Assembly (NCBI GenBank): GCA_964016885.1
Contig: CAXHJY010001173.1
Coordinates: forward strand, 182,853-246,852
DNA from: Eledone cirrhosa
Lineage: Eukaryota
Direction: 5' to 3'
Length of the DNA: 64,000 nucleotides
How positions within the stretch are numbered: position 1 is the first letter of the stretch; each line of letters starts with the position of its first letter. Under the pieces are notes generated by a model, which made no database searches, was not told the DNA's origin, and worked only from the letters and a program-made list of their open reading frames with translations. Positions 51,924 through 64,000 of this stretch are shown here, one piece after another. Both the position numbers and the translations under genes were made by a program.

Positions 51924-53807
51924 ACGAAGGACTGGCGTAGCAGCATCATCGTTAACTGTTATAAGGATAAAGGAGATGCCCTAGATAGGAGTAACAATAG
52001 AGGCATTAAATTAATCGACCAGGTCATGAAGGTCACGGAAAAAGTAATAGCGCAACTAATCAGAGAGAGAATTGATCTAGATGAAATGCAGTTCGGGTTT
52101 GTGTCAGGCAAAAGTACGACAGACGCTCTTTTCATTGTACGACAACTACAGGAGAAGTACCTAGCTAAAAGTAAACCCCTATACTTAGCTTTTGTCGACT
52201 TGGAGAAAGCCTTCGACAGAGTCCCCCATTCCATTATCTGGTGGGCTCTTAGAAAACTAGGTGTTGACGAATGGCTTGTGAGAGCCATACAAGCCATGTA
52301 TAAAGAAACAGTCAGCAAGGTTAGAATTAACAACGAATATAGTGAAGAATTTAGCGTAAAAGTTGGTGTCCATCAGGGCTCTGTTCTTAGCCCCCTACTA
52401 TTTATTATTGCCCTTCAGGCTATAACAGAGGAGTTCAAGACCGGCTGCCCATGGGAACTCCTATACGCAGATGATCTAACGCTCATAGCCGAATCAATGG
52501 CCGAGCTAGAGAAGAAATTCCAAACATGGAAGCATGGCCTAGAATCAAAAGGCCTTAAAATTAACCTGGCTAAGACTAAAGTTTTAGTTTGTAGGAAAGA
52601 AAATAAGGCGCCGGTCCCTTCCGGGAAATGGCCATGCTCAGTGTGTAGGAAAGGCGTAGGTAGAAACTCCATTTTATGTCCCAAATGCAAAGTATGGGTG
52701 CATAAAAGATGTAGTGGGATCACAGGTAAGCTAACTAAGAACACAGACTTTACATGTGGCCGGTGCTCTGGTGCAATAAGTAGCAGCAAGTGCCCACAAA
52801 AATACTAGCTCTTTCAATTGCGCAGAGGGTTCTATAGAAATAGTGGACAGCTTCCATTACCTGGGTGACAAAATCAGCAGCGGGGGAGGGTGCTCTGAAA
52901 GTACAGTAGCTAGAGTCAGAACTGGATGGAAAAAGTTCAGAGAGCTTATACCACTATTAGCCGCTAAAGGGTTCTCCCTAAAAATGAAAGGCAGGTTGTA
53001 TAATGCCTGCATACGAACAGCAATGTTGCATGGCAGTGAAACCTGGGCATTGTGTGCAGAGGATATACGCAGACTAGAGAGGAACGAAGCTTGCATGCTC
53101 CGCTGGATGTGTAATAGTAATATACGTGAACGGCAAAGCATAAACGAACTAAGGAAAAAATTAGGAATAAGAGGGATCAGATGTTGTTTACTCGAGAGAA
53201 GGCTACGTTGGTATGGTCATGTGATGCGCATGAAAGACGACAGCTGTATAACAAAGTGCAGGGCAATAAAGATAGATGGTAGCCACGGAGTAGGCAGACC
53301 CAGAAAAACCTGGGACGAGCTGATAAATTCCGACCTCACACACTTACACCTCTCCAAGACAATGTCACTGGACCAAGACCTTTGGCGGTACTCAGTAATA
53401 GAGAAGACCCGCCTTACTTAAATACAAAGTAAAACCTACTACAGTCAGTAGGCATCTCTAACAAAATACACCCCCGTCCCACCACCCCCACCCCATCCAC
53501 ACCGCCCCTTTCAATGTAAAGTTATGTTGGTGCCACAACATCCAGGCCGAAACAAATGAGATCGTGTAGGTGTCACGACAAAAAAATACACAGTCCACGC
53601 TGTAATGTGGCGGTGTAGGCAACACGGTAAAATCCTCCCAGTCCACACTGTAAATGTGGTTGGTGTTAGGAAGGGCATCCAGCTGTAGAAAACCCGCCAG
53701 ACAGTCCTATGCGAGCAAGACAACCACTCTTGCCTCAAGTGGGATAACTCCCGTCCAAACCCATGCAAGCGTGGAACATGGACGTTAAACGATGATGATG
53801 ATGATGA
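51924..53807 (+). mobile_element. 5'-truncated RTE family 2 copy with frameshift near 52800
   Basis: RT motifs (FVDLEKAFD, YADD), PHD finger, continuation in ORF 52843-53421, 3' UTR and (GAT)n. Confidence 0.93.
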
Positions 53808-53942
53808 TATATAAATACATACATATATATATAAATACATATATATATATATATACATATATATATTCAAACACATATATATATTCATACACATATATAT
53901 ACATACATATATATATATACATGCATATATATATATACATGC

Positions 53943-54162
<220 letters not shown>

Positions 54163-54459
54163 GTATATATATATATATAAATAAGTTATTCTGGGTTGAA
54201 TCGGAGGTAACCACAGTAAGAAAGGTACTCAATACATAGAAGAGTTTAAATGTTTTAATATAGAACTTCTACAGGACTAGAACTGTTTCATTCCTGAGAA
54301 ATCATCAGGAATCTGACTGTCCAAGTAAATATGGTGGTATTTATATCTTTTCTGGTGGTAGGAGAGGGTAGGGGAGTGGGATGGGTAGAGGTCATTGGTT
54401 GAGAGAAAAGGGAATTCTTTAAAAGCTAATTCTTTAAAACTATAATTTATATTTAGAGT

Positions 54460-55287
54460 GATAAAGGCAGAAAGAATTCTATAAACAAGTTCAAATGGTG
54501 GTGCCACTCCTTATTGTCAAGTTTCTCTTAAGCTAACAATGCCTAGATTTCAGGTGTGTATAAGGTGGTTGGGGTCAGTCATGGTTGATGGGTTTAAAGA
54601 AAGGGGAATTCTTTAAAAGCTAATTCTTTAAAGCTTTACTTAGAGTGACAACGGCAGAAAGAATTCTATAAACAAGTTCAAATTTGGGGTGCCACTCCTT
54701 ATTGTCAAGTTTCTCTTAAGCTAACAATGCCTAGATTTCAGGTGTGTATAAGGTGGTTGGGGTCAGTCATGGTTGATGGGTTTAAAGAAAGGGGAATTCT
54801 TTAAAAGCTAATTCTTTAAAGCTTTACTTAGAGTGACAACGGCAGAAAGAATTCTATAAACAAGTTCAAATTTGGGGTGCCACTCCTTATTGTCAAGTTT
54901 CTCTTAAGCTAACAATGCCTAGATTTCAGGTGTGTATAAGGTGGTTGGGGTCAGTCATGGTTGATGGGTTTAAAGAAAGGGGAATTCTTTAAAAGCTAAT
55001 TCTTTAAAGCTTTACTTAGAGTGACAACGGCAGAAAGAATTCTATAAACAAGTTCAAATTTGGGGTGCCACTCCTTATTGTCAAGTTTCTCTTAAGCTAA
55101 CAATGCCTAGATTTCAGGTGTGTATAAGGTGGTTGGGGTCAGTCATGGTTGATGGGTTTAAAGAAAGGGGAATTCTTTAAAAGCTAATTCTTTAAAGCTT
55201 TACTTAGAGTGACAACGGCAGAAAGAATTCTATAAACAAGTTCAAATTTGGGGTGCCACTCCTTATTGTCAAGTTTCTCTTAAGCTA
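54460..55287. repeat. 188-bp tandem repeat (4+ units) inside a fold-back element
   Basis: GTGCCACTCC at 54501, 54689, 54877, 55065 and 55253. Confidence 0.93.
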
Positions 55288-55646
55288 TATTGCAGGTGTC
55301 TTCAAGCACATACACACACACACAGAAAAAAAAAAATATATATATATGTGTGTGTGTGTGTATATGTATATATATGTATATGTATATATATATATTTTTT
55401 TTTTCTGTGTGTGTGTGAATGTGCTTGTAGACACCTGAAATATAGCCTAAGAGAAACTTGACAATAAGGAGTGGCACCACAATTTGAACTTGTTTATAGA
55501 ATTCTTTCTGCCTTTATCACTCTAAATATAAATTATAGTTTTAAAGAATTCCCTTTTCTTTCAACCAATGACCTCCACCCATCCCACTCCCCACCCTCTC
55601 CTACCACCAGAAAAGATATAAATACTACCATATTTACTTGGACAGT

Positions 55647-55699
55647 CAGCTTCCTGATGATTTCTCACAAATGAAACAGTTCTAGCCTTGTAGAAGCTG
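55647..55699 (+). ncRNA. Type I hammerhead ribozyme (inverted copy 54266-54311, minus)
   Basis: CAGCUUC-CUGAUGA-UUUCUCACAAAU-GAAACAG...UUGUA-GAAGCUG. Confidence 0.75.
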
Positions 55700-55743
<44 letters not shown>

Positions 55744-55818
55744 ACCTATATATATATAAGTCACTTATATATTATGGAATGCTGTTTGCTTTTCGCTGCA
55801 GTGTTTTCTATACCTTTC

Positions 55819-55868
<50 letters not shown>

Positions 55869-56746
55869 TTATACATACACATATATATAGATACACACAT
55901 ATATATATGTGTGTATCTATATATATGTGTACATATATACTTATACATACACATATATATATAGATACACACATATATATATGTGTGTATCTATATATAT
56001 GCGTACATATATATGTGTATCTATATATATGTGTAGATACATATATATATATACACATACATATATAGAATGGAAAACAAAATATCAGTGATGCATCGCA
56101 ACTCAATTTATTGTGTGTTACAATTGTTTCCCCGGCAAACAGCTTGAGGTGCGATCTGTGCAGGGTCGACCTGACTCTGGACTCGCAGGTTCCTCGGACG
56201 CGTCTATTGATTTCGGAGCATATTCTCTTTCTCGGGTTTCTGACCCTACAGGTCTATATCTTCCACCTTCATCCGCTTTGCGCATCCTTGGGTTGGTAAC
56301 TGGTTAGTGACGTCATCATTATTCTGACCACTGGTAGCAGCCTGTCACTCACCCACTGTCCTGTCAGCAAAATTACTGCTGTTTGTCAGCTCACACTCCC
56401 CCACCCACCCACCCCACACACATATATATACTGACAGATACATACAGAGTAGCTTGTGTGCTTTATGTTCACACATGTACGCCCAGAAGCATATACACAT
56501 ATCCATGTGTATACACACACACATAAATAGTCACACAAATATAAGCATACATGCACACAGAGAGATGCACGCATATACACAGACACACACACATACACGC
56601 ACCTGTATATATACATGCACACACACATGTACGCATCCATACATATACATACACACATTTGCACATATATATGCATATATACACACATACACATATATAT
56701 ACACATCTACCCACACACACGTCTACACACATGTATACAAATATAT

Positions 56747-56804
<58 letters not shown>

Positions 56805-57301
56805 ACTCTGTTAGCACGTACACCAAGGTGCATTTTTGCATGTACAGCCCAATGTGTGTCTTTATATGCTTTTCTTACATGTATTTTTTTATGTGTGTGT
56901 GTAGACATGTGTATACATATATACATTTATGCAAGAATATATGTGTGAGTCTGTGTGTGTATGTATGCACACATGTAGGGGAAAAAAAAAATATATAAAG
57001 GTATGTATTTTTATATATGTATATATATATATATATATGTGTGTGTGTATGTATACATGTGTGAGCGTGTGCTTGTGTATGTAAGTATGTGTATGCATGC
57101 ATATGCATAAGTATGTTTCTTTTCCTGTGTATGTGTACACACACACGTCTAGACTTAGTGATTCAACAAAAAGAGATTGATAAAATAAATATCAGAATTG
57201 AATAAATAAAGAACTAGGGCTGATATGAATGACTAAAACCCTTTAAGGCCCAATTTGATGCAATAGAATATATATAGCATACATATAGATATATATATGC
57301 C

Positions 57302-57646
57302 TCATCATTTCATCATTTCATTTTACGTCCGCTTTTTCCCTGCTTGCAAGGGTGGGACGGGAACTGAGTCTGGCTTGATTTCTACAGCTGGATGCCCTTC
57401 CTAACACCAACCTCATTTACAGTGAGTGCTGGGTGCTTTTTTTTCCCATGGCGCCTCCACGACCACTTTGCAGTGGAATGATAGGGACCCCAGTCACTAT
57501 CATCTCATTTCTACAGCTGAGTAAACTGGAGCAATGTGAAATAAAGTGTCTTGCTCAAGGAAACAACACATCACCCTGTCTGAGAATTGAACTCACAACC
57601 TTTCGATTGCAAGGCCAATGCTCTAACCACTAAGCCATGTGCCTCC
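57302..57646 (-). mobile_element. SINE family B
   Basis: Near-identical to 60815-61156. Confidence 0.88.
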
Positions 57647-57814
57647 ATTGTGTTCAAATATATATATATATGCATGTGTGTGCTGTATATGCAGAAATTG
57701 CCATTCCTATACGTCTTCATATCTTTGATTGCCTTACTTACTATACTACTACTAACTTACACAGCTGGTCCTTCTGATAGGTTGACTTGGGGCAAACTAT
57801 CTTCATCCCATTCA

Positions 57815-57882
<68 letters not shown>

Positions 57883-58233
57883 GCGTGTGTGTGTCTGTGT
57901 GCGCGTGCGCACTCAATATATTCACAAACTAGCTGATATGTATATGGAGTACTAGCATACTATAAGTGCATGTGTTTTAATATCCGGGTTCATGCTTGTG
58001 GCATGTGTTTGTGTATATGTATGTGTGTATGTTGGTAGAGGAGGGAGCAAAGATGTGTATTTATTGCTATCCATATGTTTGTGTAATGTAGCGGTGCTGC
58101 ATGTGAGTGAGTGGAGGGGGTAAGTAGGTTAGCAGCCACTTATTGTTGTTTCTCTGTCTATGTGTTTGCATTGTGCATTTCTGTACATATATATGTATAA
58201 TATGTGTATGTGTGAGTTTGTATGTATGTATAC

Positions 58234-58490
58234 ACTGTAAAGTGGTCATGTAGGCGACATGACAAAAAGTGCCCAGTCCACTCTGTAAAGTGGTTGTGTG
58301 GGTGACACAATAAAAAGCATGCATCCCACAATCTGGTTGGTGTTAGGAAGGGCATTCAGCCGTAAAAACTAAGCCACAAAGGCCTGTAGGAGTAAGACAT
58401 GCTTATCAGACCTGGCTTGTCTCACAATGGGACAACTCGTCTAACCCTCGCCAGTGTGGAAGAATGGATGTTAGACAGGGATGATGATGA
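58234..58490 (+). mobile_element. Diverged RTE 3' UTR fragment
   Basis: CACTGTAAAGTGG modules, GTTGGTGTTAGGAAGGGCAT motif and (GAT)n. Confidence 0.7.
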
Positions 58491-58499
58491 TAATATACA

Positions 58500-59250
58500 T
58501 CGTCATCATCATCATCATTTTACGTCTGCTTTCCCCTGTTTTCAAGGGTGGGATGGGTCCTATTCAGCACAGCATCTCTCCTCTCCACTTGTCACGGTCC
58601 TTTGTCATCTCCTCCGTGAGCTTCAGCGATCTGATGCCTGCTCTCACCACCTCCACCCATGTTTTTTGTGGTCTACCTCTACTGCGTCTTCCTTCTACCG
58701 GGTTTTCTTGGCACTTCTTTACCCAGTGGTCATCCTCCATGCGCATCACATGTCCATACCATCTCAGTCTTCTCTCCTGCACACCACAACTTATCCACGT
58801 TATACACAGTTTCTCTCTCAACTCGTCTATGCCTGGTCATTCATGCACATTGACATTACACATCCAATGGAGCATGCTTGCCTCATTTCTCTCCAGCCGT
58901 TGCATATCCTCTGCAGTTGCTGTCCATGTCTCACTACTGTGCAACATTGCACATCTCACACAGGCATCATATAACCAGAGTTTCATACGCAGGGAGAAAC
59001 CCTTCTTTGTCAACAGAGGAAGCAGCTCCCTAAACTTCTTCCAACCCGTCCTTATTCTAGATACTATGGCCTCGGAACACCCCCCTCCCATGCTAATCTG
59101 AGCACCTAAGTGTCAGAAACTATCAACCATTTCTATAGAACCTACCTGCATTTGAAATATGTGTCTATCACTGACTTCTACTGTCAAATTTCCCTGTACA
59201 TCTACTGCATACATAGTTTTCCCTACCTGTTAGTTTGCCTGCTTTCACTA
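58500..59250 (-). pseudogene. Degenerate RTE C-terminal fragment (third lineage)
   Basis: Peptides GGGCSEAIVSRIRTGWKKFRELLP and RRLRWYGHVMR; (ATC)n tail at ~58500. Confidence 0.88.
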
Positions 59251-59269
59251 CCTGTTAGTTTGCCTGCAA

Positions 59270-59436
59270 TTAAGTTAAACCCCTGGTAATCTACGACAAA
59301 TTTTTTTTATAAGCACAAAATGTAGACATCATCCCCAGGCCGAGGTATTCCGTACTTCTCTGTACTGTCTCAGAAAGGAGAGATAAACATGCCAATCTAT
59401 GTTTAGAAGCCCGAGCAACGCCGGGACATTCTGCTA

Positions 59437-59438
<2 letters not shown>
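59270..59438 (+). mobile_element. Putative non-autonomous Helitron 3' end
   Basis: Imperfect GC hairpin CCCGAGCAACGCCGGG followed 8 nt later by CTAG|T (59409-59438). The 5' boundary is uncertain. Confidence 0.6.
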
Positions 59439-59483
<45 letters not shown>

Positions 59484-59484
<1 letters not shown>

Positions 59485-60412
59485 TAACTGAGTAACCCGA
59501 GTATGCCTTTATTTCAAATTTTTTTTTTCCATGTCAGACCATGTCTTCCCTGAATGATAGGCCCTTTGATGAAGACAACTAAAGTAAAGCTGACCATGGG
59601 TGAAGCAGCGCTCTTTTAAGTAAACCGGCAACCAAAAATGTTTGTTCTTGCGATTTGTTGATGGTCATGGCAAAACTAAGGCTCAATGGAAATTGAAGTC
59701 TTTTGAATTGAAATGGGACATCAGTGGTGATAAGAGGAATTCTTGGAAAGAACACATCCTCTCCCCTACCACATCCTGTTGAAATGGTGGCTTGAATTAC
59801 ATGTGGATATATATTTTTTCACAACCAGTCGTGTGCTATTGTATAGCTTTGGTGGGTCAAAATTCCTCAATTACATGATGGGTGCTCCTTATTTAAGGTG
59901 AAAGACATATGGAGGCATTCCTGATATTTTAAAGAGTTGAGGAACTCTGTTGGGTAATTGACAGATTCCGACTGTTCCACCATAGTGTTGACATATCGAT
60001 AGAGCTTTGAAACCTTTGGAATTCTTTTTAACAATTTACCAATTTCACAGTCACATTTTTCAGGGTCAATATAGCCCTTTCACTGAGCCACTTATGACTT
60101 GCAAACTGATATTCAAGATTAGGGAACACCTTTTCTATGAGATGGAATAATGATTCCATCATCATGCCTATGGGTCTTATATCAGTAGCTCCCTTTTTAT
60201 CTTCAGGAAGTCTTCTGTCCCCAAGCATTAATAGATTCTGGGCAAACTGGTCTGGTTGTTCATCTTTACCAAAATATGTTCTCATATTTATAGCAAGCTT
60301 GAAAACTTTGATAGAAGTCCAAAGTATCCTTTCTTTTTTTCAAACAGGCTCGGATTTCATCAACCTTACTGCCTTTTGGAATGGCTGGGGGAGTTTGTCT
60401 AAAATATCCTCC
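59484..60412 (-). pseudogene. Helitron PIF1-like helicase relic
   Basis: Minus-strand peptides GYFRQTPPAIPKG, AILTLKN, YPTEFLNSL..SGMP, PRIPL, QFPLSLSFAMTINKSQ; stops and frameshifts. Confidence 0.88.
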
Positions 60413-60675
60413 TACCACCACCATCACTACTACTACTACTGCTTCTACCACTGCTACTACCACTACTACTGCCACCACCACCACCACCACCACCACTACT
60501 ACTACCACTACCACCACTGCTACTATTACTCCCACCACCACCACTAATACTACTAACAACACTACCAAAACTACTCACACCATCACTATTACTACTACCA
60601 CTGCTACTACTACCACTACCACAACCACTACAACTACTGCTACTACTACTATTACCACAACCACCACCACGACCA
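60413..60675. repeat. (ACC/ACT)n trinucleotide microsatellite
   Basis: Direct reading; abuts the Helitron relic. Confidence 0.9.
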
Positions 60676-60758
60676 TAGAAGATATAGAAAGAGAGTGTGG
60701 TAAAGATATATACAGGGATGAAAAGTTTAAAATACATATATATATATATATAAGTTTA

Positions 60759-60808
<50 letters not shown>

Positions 60809-60814
60809 ATATAT

Positions 60815-61284
<470 letters not shown>

Positions 61285-61496
61285 GTATTCTAACAGTTGT
61301 GGATTTTAATGAAATTCAATATTGCTGATTTATATCTCATAACAATTACATTTTTTGATAATTAACAATCCTAAAACATTCTCTTTGGGAGCCAGATTTC
61401 AAAATTGAAAACCGTTTTTCTCTAAGAAGCAGCATGCATGCCAGGGCCTATGAGACATACACATATACATATACACACATATATTTTCCTACATAG

Positions 61497-61680
61497 TATC
61501 ATCATCGATGAACGTCTATCTTCCATACTAGCATGGGTTTGACGGGTCCCATTTAGAGGCAAGTTGCTGTTGGGTCACCGTGTCTTGCTCACATAGGAGA
61601 GTTTCTGGATGGTTTTCTACGGCTGGATGCCCTTCCTAACGCCAACCACATTGACAGTGTGGACTGGGTGCTTTGTGGTA
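61497..61680 (-). mobile_element. RTE 3' terminal fragment
   Basis: GGATGCCCTTCCTAAC motif; ATC tail. Confidence 0.7.
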
Positions 61681-61719
61681 CCAGTATAATATATATATAT
61701 ATTCATGAACACATCATGA

Positions 61720-61908
61720 TAATTGTTTCTACTTTAGGCACAAGGCCAGCAATTACCCAGTGCATTACTGGTACTTTATTTTATCGACCCCGTAAGGATG
61801 AAAGGCAAAGTCAACCTCGGCGGGATTTGAACTCAGATCGTAAAGGGACGTAACTATGCTGGAAAGCATGGCGTCCGACCCTCTACCGATACTGCCAATC
61901 CACCGCCC
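61720..61908 (-). mobile_element. SINE family A
   Basis: Full-length reverse-complement match; CATCATGATAAT on both flanks. Confidence 0.87.
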
Positions 61909-62039
61909 ATCATGATAATGATATACACATATATATATATATATTTGCATGCATATACACATACCATATATGTAATATACATACACATATCATACATATA
62001 CTTACACACTTCATATATATACACATAAATATATCATCA

Positions 62040-63245
62040 ACTTCATGGATAAGCGTCCATCATTCCTGGGTAAGCAGATTGACACTTGGTTAGCTCACCT
62101 GGGGCATATTTTGGCTTGGTTTCTACAGCTGGATGCCCTTCCTACCACCAACCACATTTACAGTGTGTACTGGGTGCTTTTGTTGTGACACCTACACAAC
62201 CACTTTACACTGTGTGCTGTTTGTCCTGACACCGACATGACCACTTTACAGTGTGGACTGGGCACTTTTGTCGTGGGACTAGGGGGGGGGGAAAGCTTGG
62301 GGAAGAATGTGGACAGGATAGTAGGGGAGGTATGGTTACTGCTAAGGGAAGGGAATGAGAGGGGAGAAGGTTGAGGAGGGTGTTGCCGACTAGGTATAAG
62401 CCTCATCGTGAGAATAATAGAGAGCGGGGGTCTTCTGTAAAACTGCATAGTGCCAGAGGTCGCGGGCCTGCGTCATTGCCTTAATGAGGTGTAATTGTAC
62501 AAGGTCAGCTTTTAATAACTCATCCCAAGTCTACCACGGCTACCATCGACTTTAAGCGCTCTGCACTTTATTATACAGCTGTCATCCTTCATACACATCG
62601 CATGTCCATACCAACACAATCTCCTCTCCTACATGCAACAACTGATCTCTCTTAAGCCTAATTTATCATGCAGAGTATGTATACTTTGCCGTCCACGTAT
62701 ATTGCTATTGCACAGCCAGCAAAGCATGGAGGCTTCATTACATTCTAATCTTCACAGGTCCTCAGCACACAGTGCCCAGGTCTCACTGCTGTGCAACACA
62801 GGTGTTCGTATACATGCATCATACAGTCTGCCTTTGAGGGAAAAAAAACCTCTTGTAGTTAGTAGCGGTAGTAACTCCCTGAACTTTTTCCAACCCGATC
62901 TCACTCTGGTTACTGTGTTTTCAAAACGCCCTCCCTAACTACTGATTTGGTCACCCAGGTAACAGAAACTTCAACTGAGCCCTCTGAGCATTTGAAAGTG
63001 GTTGTATCCTGAGGGATCTTGTTACTTACTGCCCTTGTGCACCTACCACAGGTAAAACCTTCATTCTTTGTTAGCCTGCTTGAGATCCCACTACATCACT
63101 TGTGTACCCATTGCTTGCATTTAGTACATAGAATGGAATTTCTACCTACACCTTTCCTGCATACTGAGCGAGGCCATTTACCAGAAGAGATCTATGCCCT
63201 GTTATCCCTACTACATACTAGAACTTTAGTCTTTGCCAGGTTGAC
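62040..63245 (-). pseudogene. Degenerate RTE fragment (post-RT, PHD finger, C-terminus, 3' UTR)
   Basis: Plus-strand ORFs mirror the antisense ORFs of the intact element (e.g. MEFLPTPFLHTE). Confidence 0.85.
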
Positions 63246-63672
63246 AAGTTACATCGAAAGCAGGCAGTATAATTGATTTAGGAGTCACAGAAACCTCCCA
63301 CTGGATTCTACCAACAATTTCCAGGAGGTCCAGGTAAATTCTTTTGTTAACATGCAATTAATTTTGAAAACAGCTGGTGATATGCATGTAAGTAAATATT
63401 CTCTTTATCTGATAATTTGTAAACTTACATAGATCAATAACTGAGTATAGATACAATGTATTATCATCATCTAGAAACGATCGTCAAGCAGTGAAGTATA
63501 TCTCTAATGACTTGATTTTTTATTTCATTGTTTTTACTTATATCATGACTCTGTTTTCCTTTTAATGTTTTATTGTTTTCCGAGATTTATCTTAACCTAC
63601 AACATTTTCAACATATGGATTACATCGAGTTCTTCATGCACAATAGACCCCACAACTTACTGTGGATACCTC

Positions 63673-63720
<48 letters not shown>

Positions 63721-63746
63721 TATATATACATATATAATATATATAC

Positions 63747-63802
<56 letters not shown>

Positions 63803-63862
63803 TATATACATATATAATATATATGTATACATATATATATATATATACATATATAATATATG

Positions 63863-63959
<97 letters not shown>

Positions 63960-64000
63960 TATATACATATATATTATATATATATATATACATATATATA

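Noticed and set aside
51474-52808. 444-aa apparent PLE-RTE fusion ORF
   Set aside because: Chance in-frame read-through from a PLE relic across a microsatellite into a truncated RTE.

Overview
Eukaryotic, almost entirely repetitive window. Dense (TA)n/(CA)n microsatellites and the SINE/LINE content suggest a cephalopod such as Octopus (inference). No host protein-coding exon could be supported. It contains one intact-looking RTE-clade LINE (32841-36599; 1039-aa APE endonuclease + RT ORF with a PHD-type C4HC3 finger after the RT) and many 5'-truncated RTE copies. Also present are three Penelope-like element (PLE) fragments, a Helitron helicase relic, two tRNA-derived SINE families, 33/37/128/188-bp minisatellites and a ~10.6 kb GT-rich satellite. 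The most striking unannotated signal is ~23 type-I hammerhead ribozyme (HHR) motifs from ~11 sequence families, read by eye. Most sit in fold-back (inverted-repeat) inserts dropped into (TA)n tracts. Four lie in a 466-bp head-to-tail tandem array (44678-46746) that looks like a retrozyme, i.e. a potential source of self-cleaving, possibly circular, RNA. All folds and alignments were done manually and coordinates are approximate.
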